The notes under the pieces: generated by a model
What the model saw: only the letters and a program-made list of their open reading frames with translations
What the model was told of the DNA's origin: nothing
The model's database searches: none
Shown: in pieces, positions 1 to 13,661 of the stretch
How positions within the stretch are numbered: position 1 is the first letter of the stretch
Layout of the letters: each line of letters begins with the position of its first letter
Translations under genes and position numbers: made by a program
NCBI RefSeq assembly: GCF_036365525.1
Contig: NW_027141363.1
Coordinates: 124,001-188,000, forward strand
DNA from: Heterodontus francisci
Taxonomy: Eukaryota
Reading direction: 5' to 3'
Length of the DNA stretch: 64,000 nucleotides

Positions 1-277
1 TTGTTGCCAAAAAAGGGGGAACAGATTAATGAGTTCATTGTCTTATATTCAATAATTGATTGCTGATTTCACAAGTCACCGCCGCACAGTCTTGTTGAGA
101 TCATTAATCAGTTGATCAAATGTAAAACAGTGATTGTGACAGAATTTAAACATACTCAGCGACAGAAGGAAAATAGCAAACGTCGATGAAATTGAATGGC
201 ATGTTTGCGGCGGATCTAAGACACTTTCTGCTGGTTGCTCTGGGTTTAAGGGAGCGAAGCTGAGGGAGGAAACATTA

Positions 278-1865
278 ATGGGATTAGCATCCTTGAAAGT
301 TGATAAATCACCAGGGCAGGATGAAATGAATCCTAGGCTGCAAATAGAAGCAAGAGAAGAAATAGCAGAGGGTCTGACCATCTTTTTGCAGTCCTCACAG
401 GTGTGGCGCCGGAGGATTGGAGAATTGTTAACGTTGTGCCTCCGTTTAAAAAGGGAGAGAAGGATAGACTGACTAATTACAGGCCAGTCAGTCTGACCTC
501 CGTAATGAGCAAAGTATTGCAATCTATTCTGGGAGACAGGATAAACTGTCACTTAGAAAGGCACAGATTAATCCAGGATAGTCAGCATAGATTTGTTAAG
601 GGATGTTCTTGTTTGATCAATTTGATCGAATTTTTTGAAGAAGTAACAAGGAAGATAGATGAGGGTAGTGCAGTTGACGTGGTCTACCTGGATTTTAGCA
701 AGGCTTTTGAAAAGGCTGCACATGGCAGACTGGTTCAAAAAAAAACAAAATCCCATGGGATCCAGGGAAATGCAGCAAGGTGGATACAAAATTGGCTCAG
801 TGCCAGGAAACAAAGGGTAATTGTTGATGGGTGTTTTAGCGACTGGAGGGCTGTTTGCAGTGGCGTTGCACAGGGCTCAGTACTGGGTTCCCTGCTTTTT
901 GTGGTATTTATTAACGATTTGGATGTAAATGTAGGGGGGCATAATCCAAATGTATGTAGACAACACAAGGATTAGCCATGTGGTAGATCGCGAGGTGGAT
1001 AGCTGTCGGCTGCAGGAAGATATTGATGGTCTTGTCAGATGGGCAGAACAGTGGCAAATGGAATCCAACTTGGAGAGGCGTGAGGTGATGCATTTGGGGA
1101 GGTCAAACAAGGCAAAGGAATACACGATTAATGGGAAAATACTGAGAAGTGCAGAGGAAGTGAGGGACCTTGCAGTGAATGTCTACAGATCCCTGAAGGT
1201 AACAGGACAGGTCGATAAGGTGGTGAAGAAGTCATATGGAATCCTTTCCTTCATTAGCTGAGGTATAGAATACAAGAGCGGGGAGGTTATGCTGGAACTG
1301 CATAACTCATTGGTTAGGCCACAACTTGAGTATGTGTGAAGTTCTGGTCACCTCATTACAGAAAGAATGTAATTGCACTAGAGAGGTTACAAAGGAGATT
1401 AACAAGCATGTTTCCCGAACTGAAAATGCAGCTATGAGGAAAGATTGGATAGGCCGAGGTTGTTCTCCTTGGAACAGAGAAAGCTGCGGGGAGATCTGAT
1501 TGAAATGTACAAAATATTGAAGGGGCCTGGATAGAGTGCATGTGAAGGGTCTATTCACCTTGGCAGAGAGGTCAGTGATGAGGGACCATAGATTTAAAGT
1601 GATTGGTAGAAGAATTAGAGGGGAGATAAGGAAAATCATTTTTCACCCAGAGGGTGGTGATGGTCTGGAACTCACTGCCTGAAAGGGTAGTTGAGGCAGA
1701 GACCCTCAACTCATTCAAAAGGAGTCTGGATTTGCACCTCAAGTGCTGTAATCTGCAGGGCTACGGACCAAATGCTGGAAGGTGTGATTAGAATAGGTGG
1801 ATCGTTTTTCGGCCGGCACTGATGTGATGGGCCAAGTGGCCTCTTTCTGTGCCTTAAACTTTCTA
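278..1865 (+). mobile_element. CR1-type LINE, degenerate ORF2 (RT) fragment and 3' tail
   Basis: ORFs 278-472, 403-975 and 950-1261 carry KSPGQD, NYRPVSLTS, YLDFSKAF, GVAQGSVLG and WAEQWQM motifs with frameshifts; CR1-like tail near 1830-1860. Confidence 0.9.
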
Positions 1866-2004
1866 TGAGACTATTGGAGTGATAGAGTGTATGTGAAAGT
1901 GCCAAGGAATGAGAGAGAGACAGAGTCACAGAGGATGATATGGAGAAAAACAGTTAGAGAAAAAGAGAGGCAGTGATAGAGATAGATGGAGAGAGGGAGA
2001 AAAA

Positions 2005-2876
2005 GATATGCCTGTCTGTCTATCTATATAGCTATCTATCTATCTATCACTGTAGCTATCTGTCTAACTTTCTCTATATCTATCTATCTGCATGGCTGTG
2101 TGTCTGTCTCTCGATCTGTGTCAGTTTGTCTCTCTATCTGTATGAATCCGTCTGTCTGTCTACCTACCTATCTTTTTGTCTGTCTGTCTTCATATTTACC
2201 TATTTGCATATCTGTCTGTCTATCTATCTATTTGACCATTTGCCTATCTATCTGTCTACCTATCTGTCTGTCTATCAATCAATCTGTCTGTCAATCGATC
2301 TATCTGTCTGCCTATCTGTCTACCCATCTGTCTTTCTATTTATCTGTCTGTATATCTATCTATCTAATGTCNNNNNNNNNNNNNNNNNNNNNNNNNNNNN
2401 NNNNNNNNNNNNNNNNNNNNNNNNNNNNNNNNNNNNNNNNNNNNNNNNNNNNNNNNNNNNNNNNNNNNNNNNNNNNNNNNNNNNNNNNNNNNNNNNNNNN
2501 NNNNNNNNNNNNNNNNNNNNNNNNNNNNNNNNNNNNNNNNNNNNNNNNNNNNNNNNNNNNNNNNNNNNNNNNNNNNNNNNNNNNNNNNNNNNNNNNNNNN
2601 NNNNNNNNNNNNNNNNNNNNNNNNNNNNNNNNNNNNNNNNNNNNNNNNNNNNNNNNNNNNNNNNNNNNNNNGTCGATCTATCTGCCTGTCTATCGATCAA
2701 ATGTCTGTCTATCTATCTATCTGTCTATCGATCTATCTATCTAATGGCAGTCTCTCTGCCTTCCTCGCTATCTATCTGTCTGTCTAACTATCTATCTGTC
2801 TGTCTGTCTATCTAATGTCTGTCTGTCTGACTTCCTAGCTACCTATCTGTCTGTCTATCGATCTATCTGTCGGTCG

Positions 2877-2929
<53 letters not shown>

Positions 2930-2970
2930 ATGTCTGTCTGTCTGCCTTCCTAGCTATCTATCTGCCTCTT
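2005..2970. repeat. (TCTA/TCTG)n simple repeat spanning an assembly gap (N 2372-2671)
   Basis: Read directly from the sequence. Confidence 0.95.
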
Positions 2971-3274
2971 TATGCTGCCTATTGCATGGTGCCACACACC
3001 AATTGGCTTCCGTGTTTTAAGTACACTGCTCTCTGAAATGACCTAGCAAACTCTTCAGTTATCTACAAGGCATCACGCACCTTCTCCAGGGCAATGAGTG
3101 ATGATGAATAACTACTGACTTTCTCAGACCCAGGCACCCAGAATGAATAAAAATAAATTAAAGCAAGAGAAGAGATAGCAGAGGATCTGACCATCATTTT
3201 CCAGTTGTTAATTGGCTGTTTTGGGGCATCTTGAAGTCGTGGAAGACCTTATTTATATATATATATCTTTTCTT

Positions 3275-3810
3275 ATTCGTTCATGGGACGTGAATTTCTT
3301 TTGCAAGGCCAGCAATTATTTCACAATACTGATTGCCCTAGAGAAGGTGGTGGTGAGCTGCCTTCTTGAACCGCTGCAGTGCATGTCGGATAGGTACACC
3401 CACAGTGCTGTTAGGAAGGGAGTTCCAGGATTTTGACCCAGTGACAGTGAAGAAACGGCGATATAGTTCCAAGTCAGGATGGTGTAGGACTTGGAGGGGA
3501 ACATGCAGGTGGTGGTGTTCCCATGAGTCTACTGCCCTTGCCCTTCCATGTGATGGAGTTGGTGGGTTTGGAAGGTGCTGTCTTAGGACACTCGATGCTT
3601 TGCTGCAGTGTATAATGTCGATGGTACACACTGCTTCCACTGTGGTGTAGGAAGTGAGTGTTGAAGGATGTAGATGGGTTGCTGAACGACCGGGCTGCTA
3701 TGTCCTGGATGGTGTTGAGCTTCCTGAGTGTTGTTGGAGCTGCACCCATCCAGGCAAGTGGAGAGTATTCCATCACACTCCTACCTTGTGCCTTGTAGAT
3801 GATTGATACT
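3275..3810 (-). mobile_element. 3' fragment of a CR1/L2-group non-LTR LINE (HHHLL C-terminus family)
   Basis: IYKAQ.RSVMEY and WNSLPNSTVGVP..GLQRFKKAAHHHLL; the same family recurs at 12.7, 34.4, 44.7, 50.4 and 55.4 kb. Confidence 0.8.
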
Positions 3811-4163
3811 CTATACATCACTTCACAATGGTGATGCTAACTATCTGTCTTATTTAGATCATTAATTAAACTTCAAATTAATCAAGTACAGGACAGAGAC
3901 TGTGACTCAGTTTTAACATACTCAGTGCCAGAAATTAAACAGTGTAGACGAGGACTTTGAAATTTTGCAGAGGATCTGAGACACATCTCTCTCTTTCCTT
4001 CTCTCTCTTCCTCGTACCTTCTGCTATTCCCTGTCATTCAGCCCTTGATGAAGGTTCCGGAATCCGGGAATCACCAGCTTGGAAAACGGCCGGTGAGGCA
4101 GGGAGAGACATTAACCATTGTCACTGCTCCTGTATGTCAGTCAGTTGTGTTGTTCACCCTGTT

Positions 4164-4202
4164 GGTTTTTGTACTGGCATTAAGGCAGTCTGCAGCGCTG
4201 TG
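4164..4202 (-). promoter_or_regulatory. 23-RSS of V1
   Basis: CACAGCG (4196-4202), 23-bp spacer, ACAAAAACC (4164-4172). Confidence 0.95.
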
Positions 4203-5018
4203 CTCACTGGCTGCACAGTAATACACCGCCGCATCCACAGCCTTCACCTTGAGGACCCTCAGGCTGCATCGTCTCTCCTCGTGCCTCAAAATCTTCACCT
4301 CCTCCTCAAATCTTCCTTCGTAAATGGGTGAGCTTCCAGTGTAAGAATGACCCATTAGGGTGAGCCCCTGCCCGGCATACTGCCGATACCACAGCATAAT
4401 GCTCTTTCTACTGTCATTCCGGGAACAGTTTAATTCTGCTGGTTCACTTCCATTCACCACCACCAGAGTTGGCCACTGGTGTATCACCTCTGCTAGAGTT
4501 TTGCCTTGAGAAATAAGGAGAATAGTTTAAAAAGTTTAGAACATATTGTGACATATGATAACCAACTATAACTATCAAAATAGTTAAGTAGATAATACTA
4601 GATAACTATATAGGCAGACAATATATAGTTAAATGATATATTGGTAGATATATAGATAATAAACAGATAGATATAGAGATTGAAAAATAATGTAGCAAGT
4701 GATATGAGAGAGACAAATTAACCCAGAATTAGGGCAAACTTATCGGTTAAAGATAGCTGTAGTAGCGTCACGAATATATAAGTAACTTTCATTCAGTCAA
4801 AAATTTCATTAAGCCAATATTATTTACAGTGAAATTACGTTATGTAGTTCAAGAAATGACAGAAAATCGACTTCAATGATGTTTTATCAATCTAGTTTGA
4901 TAGAAGTTAGTAGTGAATGAAAACACAGCATGTATTTTAGCAGAGGTATCTTTATGAACGATGAATACCTACATGGAAGAAGAGAACAGACGATTAGGAA
5001 GAGTTTGACTAACTGCAT
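4203..5018 (-). CDS. TRBV: TCR V segment V1 (VIHQWP/CAASE family), intact; leader exon 4973-5018, V exon 4203-4504
   Basis: Leader MQLVKLFLIVCSLLP with GT donor, phase-1 AG acceptor, C23, WYRQ and YYCAASE, followed by a 23-RSS. The TRB assignment is inferred from FR1/CDR3 motifs. Confidence 0.9.
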
Positions 5019-5089
5019 CCTGCAGACTGAAGGCTGAATCTGTTCATGAACCAATATCAGGCGGCTGAAGATAAAGCAGAGAGCGGAAA

Positions 5090-5099
5090 TGACAGCACT
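5090..5099 (-). promoter_or_regulatory. TRBV decamer (CRE-like) promoter motif next to an ETS-like GGAA
   Basis: AGTGCTGTCA is one mismatch from AGTGAYRTCA and lies ~70 bp upstream of the V1 ATG; identical copy at 36186-36195. Confidence 0.5.
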
Positions 5100-5984
5100 G
5101 GAAGCAGGGTTTCCTTCTGACCCCTCACTTCTGGGTATGACAGAATAATAACACCCACTGGTCGGAAGGAGCTTGAATAAGGAAATGCTTCCCGTCTGTA
5201 TCTGGCTCTCGTTGCTTGTGTCTGATTGGTGTTGTATTGGGTAGCTCTTTCGAAAAACCGGGCCAGGCTCAATGGGCTGAATGGCCTCGGCTCTGCTGTA
5301 GGATTCTATAAATATATAAGACACATCAAGTTGCTTGTTTGTATTAGGCAGATCAAAATTTATTTCCCCTGGGCTAAACGACAATTCAAGGGTTATGTTT
5401 TACATTGGGGTGAAATCTTAGATACTTTGAAAAGCGACAGTGTCATGAAGAAGTGGGTTAACTGTTTTGAACAGATGCTCAAACCGCCGTCAGGAGGCAG
5501 GTGTTCCAGTGAGAGACCTATCTGGGGAGGTGTCTCACTTTTGCATTGTGTGAGTCATTGGGGACATGTACAACAGGGAGCTATGTGTAACTCTTGTCAA
5601 ATACCACCGACAGCTCATTCAACAGGACCATGAACCCATTTACCCCACCTCGGAATCTGTTCTTTACAGGTAGAGGCTGCCTTAACGAGAAGGACCTGAG
5701 CACATTGCTGCAGCATTTTAATAATTCATAATGTATTGATGTACTCTGAGTCGAAGGAGAGCAAGAATATGACACTATCAGTAAAATACAAATCATGATA
5801 GATCAATAATTAAACTGGTATGGTGTAAATAATGGTGTTAGATAGATGATAAACGTCAGATATATGGTGGATGCATATTTAGAGAGGTGAGAGACAGAGA
5901 GATAAATCGATGGCAAATATATATATATGATCAAGATAAATAGATAGATAAATGGTGCAATATAACCAAAGCTGGACAGAGAGA

Positions 5985-5985
5985 C

Positions 5986-6065
<80 letters not shown>

Positions 6066-6072
6066 GGATGGA
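5985..6072. repeat. (GATA)n microsatellite
   Basis: Read directly; paralogous copy at ~37080-37170. Confidence 0.95.
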
Positions 6073-6182
6073 TGCAGAGACGCACAAAGAGACACAGAAA
6101 CTCGCAGATAGTCAGAGAGACAGAAAGACACTGAGATAGACAGACAGGTTTATCTCCCACAAGTGCTTTCCTCCCCCTTTAG

Positions 6183-6221
6183 AGTTTTTGCTGAACTCCG
6201 GCGCCTTTCTGAGTCACTGTG
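6183..6221 (-). promoter_or_regulatory. 23-RSS of V2
   Basis: CACAGTG (6215-6221), 23-bp spacer, GCAAAAACT (6183-6191). Confidence 0.95.
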
Positions 6222-6845
6222 CAGTCTCCAGGCACAGTAATACACGGCTGATTGATTCGCCCACAGGCTGGAGGACTCCAGGTAAAAATGGGTGTTGTCG
6301 GGTCTCCTGGCGGTGAAACGGTCCACCTCACCAGAGGGAATGACCGTTCCAGCGAGGTTGGAATAGAAAAGGTTCTCGGGATCACGGTCCGGATGCCACC
6401 GGTACCAGTAGAAATAGGAGCCAACATCTGCCTTTGTGTAAACGCACTGGATACTGACTGGAGAGCCTGGGGAATGGGATATGGAAGCGGGAGTCTGTTG
6501 GATCAACACGGCCCCCACATCTGTAAAACAGAGAGAGAGAGAAAGAGATTTACCCAGGGACATTGTCTCTATCGTTACAAACAAGAAGAGGTAGAAGTGG
6601 GCAGAGAGAGAGAGAGAGAGAGAGCGCTGGGGACCAGTTAGAGGCAGAGAGGCAGAGATAAAGGCAAAGAGAGAGAGAGAGAGAGAATGAGAGACAGAGA
6701 AAGAAATATAGAGGGAGAAGGAGAGAGACAAAGACAGACAGAGACTGAGAAGCAGAGACACATGTACATCATTGTAACCTCACAGTTCAGACACCTCCTT
6801 ACCCGTTAACACCAACAACACAACCCAGAGCTGAGAGACAGCCAT
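6222..6845 (-). CDS. TRBV: TCR V segment V2 (CAW family), intact; leader exon 6803-6845, V exon 6222-6520
   Basis: Leader MAVSQLWVVLLVLT, GT-AG phase-1 intron, IQQTP..C..WYRW..YYCAWRL, 23-RSS. Confidence 0.9.
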
Positions 6846-6864
6846 CTCTGGAGGGTAAAGGATC

Positions 6865-6895
6865 CGTGTGGTTTTATATGAAGTGACTGAGCACT
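6865..6895 (-). promoter_or_regulatory. V2 core promoter: TATAAAA overlapping a RUNX-type TGTGGT, with an AP-1-like TGACTGA
   Basis: Motifs lie 20-50 bp upstream of the ATG and are conserved upstream of V3 (~11478-11505). Confidence 0.45.
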
Positions 6896-8119
6896 TTTAT
6901 TGTAGAGTATCTCAAAGTTCTGGGCACTGACTGAAATTCACAGCTTCCCTCTCCATCACTTTATCATACAGATAGGCGGGACCCAGTTTTCTTTCATTTC
7001 CGGGGAGGGACCAATGTTAGACTCCTGGTAATCGCTTTCTGGAACTGCAATTCTGTTTCATTGACATCTGCAGCCCGATCATTCGGAGCCCTGTCCAAAT
7101 ATGTGCACACAGTACTCCAGGTGTGTTCTCACCAAGACCCAATACAAGTGTAATACGACTTCCTTATTCTTGTACTCCCATCCCCCATGAAACAAAGACC
7201 AACATGCCTGTAATTCAACAGAAGCACTTCATTGGCTGTCGAACTCCTTGGGAAGTTCCAGATCGGCTTTCCAACTTTCTCCTCTCTTTCAGATACTGAC
7301 GTTGACTATATAGAATTGCAGACAATATAGAACACAGCATCAGGTGAACGGATCTATACAGGTGTTAATGTTCCACAGATACATCCTTTCATCCCTCTTT
7401 ATCTCAACCTCTCAGCATCTCCTGTCAGTCCTTTCTGCCTCGTATGTCTACTGGTTTCCCACTGAATACTATTTACCTCCACCACTGCCTGTGGTGGTGA
7501 GTTCCCCATTCTCACCAATCTCTGGGGAATGAAGTTTGTCCTGAATTCACGTTTGGATTTTTAGTGAGAATCTTATGCCTTATAATTCTGGTCTTTAGAC
7601 TCAAGTGAAAATATCTTGTCTACGTCTATCCTATCAAACCTATTAATAATATTAAAGACTTCTTATCTGGGCACCCCTCATTTCTAGAGAAGAACCCCAG
7701 CCTGTTCGATCTTTACTGCTATGTATAATTATACCGTGATCTAAATGTGGCCTAACCAATGTATATAGACGCCAGAACTGTGCATAGTGCTCCAGTTGTG
7801 ATCTAACCAATGTATAATGAGAGCGGAACAGTGCACAGTTCTCCAAATGAAGTCGAACCAAGGTATGAGGAGACCTGAAATGTTGACAGTGCACCCAGTG
7901 TGTTTTAACCAAGGAGGTTGGAGGCCAAACATGTGCAAATTCCAATTTTGGAACCCAGGTACATGAAGATAAAACTGTGGATGAGGCCCTGCTCTCTGAG
8001 TTCTTGGAAAAATTCCGTGAGTTTGAAGTCAGTCTGTGTGTGGTTCTTTGTCTAGACAGTGGATAGCTCTGAACTGCTTTGTCCCATCAGTCACTTTACA
8101 TAAATACACCTCCACATTG

Positions 8120-8735
8120 ACCTTACCTTGGAGATCCTACAGTAGACACCTCAAGGCACAGGAGAAGTAACACCAGAGGTGCCTCCGCATTAACCTCCAA
8201 ATCCAGTGGCAAGACAGGTAGTCCAACAGCATCGTCCTCTCCCAAACCAATCTGTCTAGTGTCAGGGTTCGAGTCACCCAAAACCAGCTCCACTGGCTGG
8301 GACATGTCATTCACATTCCTGCCACCAGACTCCCCAAAGAAGCAGTTCTACTCAGAACTTAGCCGTGTCAGGAGACTCCCAGGAGGACAGCGGAAACGTT
8401 TTAGAGATGTCCTCACAGCATCCCTGGAGAGATGAAACATCCGCATTGACTCCTGGGAGAACATGGCTCCTGAACATCCCAGTTGGAGAAAGGACATACG
8501 GGAAGGCATTGGACACCTCGAGGAACTTAAGGAACATGCAGAGGTAAGGCTGAGGCATCGGAGGGAGCGCACAAACCTGCAAACTACTCACCTGCCTGAT
8601 CCTCAAAGCACCACCTGCCCCTCATGTGACAGAGTCTGCAGATCATACACTGGACTCATCAGCCATCTCAGAACCCATTGAACCGGAGTGGAAGCAAGTC
8701 AACCTCAACCCCGGGGAACTGCCTAAGAAGGTGAA
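8120..8735 (+). mobile_element. RTE-clade LINE 3' fragment
   Basis: GGQRKRFRD motif and C-terminal CPSCDRVCRSYTGLISHLRTH zinc-finger tail typical of RTE ORFs. Confidence 0.75.
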
Positions 8736-10799
8736 CTCTCTCCAGCTTCCGGGTTAATTTATTATTTTGCACCATTCTGCAAAAGCAAACCCGCTGTTAA
8801 AACCTCAACATACTGAGTTTCACCTCCTCAAAGAACAGACCTGATTAATACAGCACCTCCACCAGCGGTGTGAGGATATCACAACATGTCATTGTGAAGC
8901 CTTCTGTTCTGAAAACTGTCCCTCACTTGATCACATGAAGTGAGCACCAGATCTCCCGTTTTCCACCAGGAAACAGGGAACATGGGGGGCAAATGTTACT
9001 TTACACTTGGCACGATACATGTGGGAGTTGTGCTAAAGTCAGGATGGACATTCAGGCTCTCTCCTAGTTTCCTACAAGCACCTGGGACTATGTAATTGTA
9101 AAATAGAAACTGGAAATCTACAAACTGGCATCTGGCTGCAACTATTTCAAGGTTGGACTGATATTAATGTCGCTTAATGACCCCAAAAGGATCAGATTTA
9201 AAGATCATCTACCTGATATCAAATCATTGATTTGTTTGACATTGCCAGAATATTTTGTGTGAAATAGTTGAGAAGTGAAACATTTCAGAAGCAGCCAAGT
9301 TGACCTGTTGAGATGCTGTGGGTAAAGCTCACTCTGTCTGAGCATGTTCTGGGCAGCGGCGACACTAGAGTAACACTGGCACCTAGTGGCTTCACGTGCA
9401 ACTGCAAGCACCGATTCTGCAGGCGTTTCAGTCTCAGACTCTAAAATTGTATCAGTCATTGGCTTTGTCATCCTACTCGACTCCCGTTTGCGCTTGTGGC
9501 ATAGAACCAGATGGAAGTTAATGCACTCTTCCGCGCCATTAGGCCAGACAGCTCTCTGCTTCACTCAAGCCGCAACCAGTCAAATACATTTTGAAGTGCA
9601 GTCACTGTTGTACTGTCGGGAAGGAGGCAGACAAGCTGCAAGATCAAGTGCAGGGATATTCAGAAAGAACAGGGAGTGGGAGTAATTGGACAGGGAAGAT
9701 GAAAACGAGGGATCATAAATGTAAGGTTGTCCTTAATAAATCCAATTGGGAATTCAGAAGGAGGTTCTTTAACCCAGGGAGCGGTCAGAATGTGGAATTC
9801 GCGACCAACTGGAATGGGTTGAGGTCGAATAGAGACAATACTGTTAAGGGGGGAGCTCAATAAATACATGAGTGAGAAAGGAATAGGAGAATCTGTTGAT
9901 AGGGTAGGATGAAGAGAGATGGGAGGAGGTCGCTCTTTCGAACAGCCAGGCCAGGATCGATGGGCTGAATGGCCTGGATTTGTCCTGCATTATTCTATGA
10001 TCCAATAAGACCCATCAACCTGCTGCCTTGTTTCAGGGCCAAGACAGTTTCATTCCCCACCCACACCTCCCCCCCCCCCCCTTCCCCCACTTGTACTAAA
10101 CGGGAGCTAAAGGGTTAAGTTCTTCACCGCACTGAACTCCAGTCATTGTGAAGATTCTTCAAAAGACACCGAGAGACTGAGAGACAAGTGGGTTAACAGT
10201 TTTGAACAGATGCTGAAGCCGCCGTCTGGAGGCAGGTGTTCCAGTCAGAGACGGATCTGGAGAGGTTTCTCGCCTTTGCACTGTATGAATCATCAGAGAC
10301 ATGATTAAAGGTTCCAAGATCAACCATTTCCTATTTGTATAGACTTGTGTCCATTAGAGTAATGAGGGTAAGGGGAGATTTTAAAGATGTTGTCAGAAGT
10401 GTCTTGATAGAGAAACTGTATCCAGAGGGTCGTATCTACTGTCAGGCGGGTCGATAAACCAGGGACCAAGAATTGAAGGTAATTGGGAAAGGAACCAGAG
10501 TGGGAGATGAGTGGAATCTTTCTCCTCAGTGAATTGTTATCATGTGGAGGACACTGACTGAAAGGGCGGTGGAAGACCATCCAATAGTAACTTCCAGATG
10601 TCAATTGGAGAAGTAGATGTAGGGGAGATTTATTAATGTAATGGAGAACTAGTCAGTGAATGGGAACTAGTTAGACAACTCTGTCAAAGAGCCAGTTCAT
10701 TCAACAGTAGACATAGAAACTGACAGATCGTCAGAGTGTTAGAATGACACCCCAGATAGACAGGTCTATCTCCCACAAGTGAGCTCTGACAATGTCTAG

Positions 10800-10838
10800 A
10801 GTTTTTGCTGAACTCCGGCGCCTTTCTGAATCACTGTG
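10800..10838 (-). promoter_or_regulatory. 23-RSS of V3
   Basis: CACAGTG (10832-10838), 23-bp spacer, GCAAAAACT (10800-10808). Confidence 0.95.
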
Positions 10839-11457
10839 CTGACTCCAGGCACAGTAATACACGGCTGATTGATTCACCCACAGGCTGGAGGACTCCAGGA
10901 AAAAATGGGTGTTTTCGGGTCTCCTGGCGGTGAAACCGTCCACCTCACCTGAGGGGTTGACCGTTCCGGCGTAGCTGGAATAGAAAAGGTCCTGAGGCTC
11001 ACGGTCCAGATGCCATCGGTACCAGTAGAAATAGGAGCCTGCTGTTGCTTCTGTGTAAATACATTGGATCCTGACTGGAGAGCCTGGGGAATGGGATATG
11101 GAAGCGGGAGTCTGTTGGATCAACACAGCCCCCACATCTGTAAAACAGAGAGGGAGAGAGAGAGAGTGAGAAATAGAGAGATAAACCCAGGGACAATGTC
11201 CATATCGTTACCAACAAGAAGAGGTAGAAGTGGGCAGACAGACAGAGATAGAGAGAGCGGTGGGGACCAGTTAGAGGCAGAGAGGCAGAGAGAGAGAGAT
11301 GAGAGACAGAGAACGAAATATGGAGGGAGAAGGAGAGAGACAAAGACAGCCAGAGACTGAGAAGCAGAGACACATGTACATCATTGTAACCTCACAGTTC
11401 AGGCACCTCCTTACCCGTTAACACCAACAACACAACCCAGAGCTGAGACACAGCCAT
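10839..11457 (-). CDS. TRBV: TCR V segment V3 (CAW family, paralog of V2), intact; leader exon 11415-11457, V exon 10839-11137
   Basis: Same leader as V2, phase-1 intron, C23, WYRW and YYCAWSQ, 23-RSS. Confidence 0.9.
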
Positions 11458-12724
11458 CTCTGGAGGGTGAAGGATCCGTGTGGTTTTATATGAAATGACT
11501 GAGCACTTGTATTGTCGAGTACCCCAAAGTTCTGGGTACTGACTGGAATTTATAGCTTCCGTCTCCATCATCTTCAACACTTGCCTATGCGGAGCCAAGC
11601 TTTCTTTCTTTGCTCATGGGCTCACCGAGGACTCGTCATTTCTGGGGAGGGACCAATGTTTGACCCTCAGCTCATCGGTTTCTGGGCCTGCAGTTCTGTT
11701 TCATGTCTTTGAAAGTTGCTGAAAGGAAGGGAGTAAATGTGATGTAAACTATCTTCTGTGGTGGAGAGGTGATTAAATGAGCGGGTGTGTTGGGATCATC
11801 AATACCTTCAATACTCCCCTGATCATAACCACATTCATCCTGACACCATCCTCACACTCATCATTACCATCTGAGGCCACATTGTCACCCTCCTCCCGAC
11901 CGCCAGCATCTGTGTCAGCCTCACCCTCAGCAGCCTCATAACCATGAAAAGATGCTCACTCTACCATCATTATCAAGCTTGTTCACTTCCAATTGTATCT
12001 GAATGTATTCAGTGATGGGATGTGTGCATTGCTGGGAGGGTCATTTCAGAAAAGCTGAGATGTTACAAGAGTAAATGTTCACTTTCTTTCTTAAATATCC
12101 ATCAGGACTCGGTAACAATGGAAATGTTAAAGGTTAGACCAGGAGTGGGGTGACAAGTTAACTATTCCATAGATGCACTTGACATGAAGTGAGGAGACCA
12201 TGGATGGAATGGGAAACATTCCAATGTGTGTGGATTGAATGAGCAGTGGTGTGGTCCAGCATCCCACCCCTAACCTTCTGGATAGGGTTCTGGGACTTTT
12301 TGGAACCTTGTGTGTTACAATGAACAGCTTCTCCCACACCTCCACATAGCTGAAATCCCTCACGCCCGGTCACCTCCTTGTAAATCTCCTTTGCACCCTC
12401 TGCATCCTCCCAACAATGTCATGTACAGAAGTGGACACGCTAAACCAGTTAGGCCAAAACAGGCTTTTTATAAAGGGTTTAGCATCAATTTGTTGCGTTT
12501 GTGTTGCATTCAAAATTGTGTGCGTTAATTCTGCTTAATCAGGGAAAATAGTATGAAACATGCATTTCGGTACGACATTTTTGCTCGGTGGATTTGTTTT
12601 GACTTACCTGCAGTTTTTTGGCACTAAAGTGTCAGCCTTTTTCTTGGCTCCAGTCTGTGGAGTGGGTCCTTCTAACTCAGAGAGGACAGTTCTACCCACT
12701 CAGGCAGCGCACGTTGAGTCTTGA

Positions 12725-13275
12725 GTACCTCACCTCCTGACTCCCCAAAGCCTGTCCACCATCTATAAGGTACAAGTCAGGAGTGTGTTGGAATACTCTC
12801 CACTAGAGTGTGGCTCCAACAACACTGAAGAAGCTCGATACCATCCAGGACAAAACAGCCCGCTTGATTGGCACCCCATTCACAAACTTTCACCCCTCCA
12901 CCACCGACGCACAGTGGCAGCAGTGTGTACTATATAGAAAATGCACTGCAGCAATGCACCAAGGCTCCTTCGACAACACCTTCCAAAACCACGACCTCCA
13001 ACACCTAGAAGGACAAGGACAGCAGATGCACGGGAACATCACCAACTGCAGGTTCTCCTTCAAGCCACATGCCATCCTGACTTGGAACTATATCGCCGTT
13101 CCTTCACTGTCGCTGGGTCAAAATCCTGGAACTCCATTCCTAACAGGACCGTGGGTGGACCTACCCCACATGGACTGCAGTGGTTCAAGAAGGCAGCTCA
13201 CCACCACCTTCTCAAGGGCAACTTGGGATGGATAGCAAATGTTGGACTGGTCAGCGATGCTCACATCTCAATAAA
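12725..13275 (+). mobile_element. 3' fragment of the HHHLL-family LINE
   Basis: PTTLKKLDTIQDK...KKAAHHHLLKG in ORFs 12810-13235 and 12941-13420. Confidence 0.8.
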
Positions 13276-13661
13276 TAATTATTTTAAAACTATAAATGAA
13301 CAGAAGCTGCTTCTTTCGGCAGAAGGCAACCAGGAGACATTGATTAAATGTAACTGGCAGATGAATAAGTGGGGGGAGGGGGGAGATGTGATGATTTGTT
13401 TAAGCAGCGAGTTGTTATGATGTGGCTAGCACTGTCTGAAAGGGTGTTGGAAGCACCTTGAACATGAACATTCAAAAGGCAATGGATTGCACACGTGAAT
13501 GGAATCAATGTGCATGGCTATGGGGAAGTAGCAGGGGGGAAGAGCATAAACTGGACAGTTCTTTCAAATAAGCCAGTACGGGGGAGATGGGCCGAATGGT
13601 CTCCTTCTGTTCTGTTATCCAAGATGATTCCATGAACTGGTTGCAGAAAATGAGCAGTCAG

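Noticed and set aside
1973-2815. Hydrophobic LSIY-rich ORFs here and at 5.8-6.1, 33.7, 36.9-38.2, 46.4 and 52.5 kb
   Set aside because: Translations of TCTA/GATA/GA microsatellites and N gaps.
9205-9685. Non-repetitive-looking ORFs on both strands
   Set aside because: No recognisable domain, splice signals or RSS; probably an old transposon remnant that I cannot classify.
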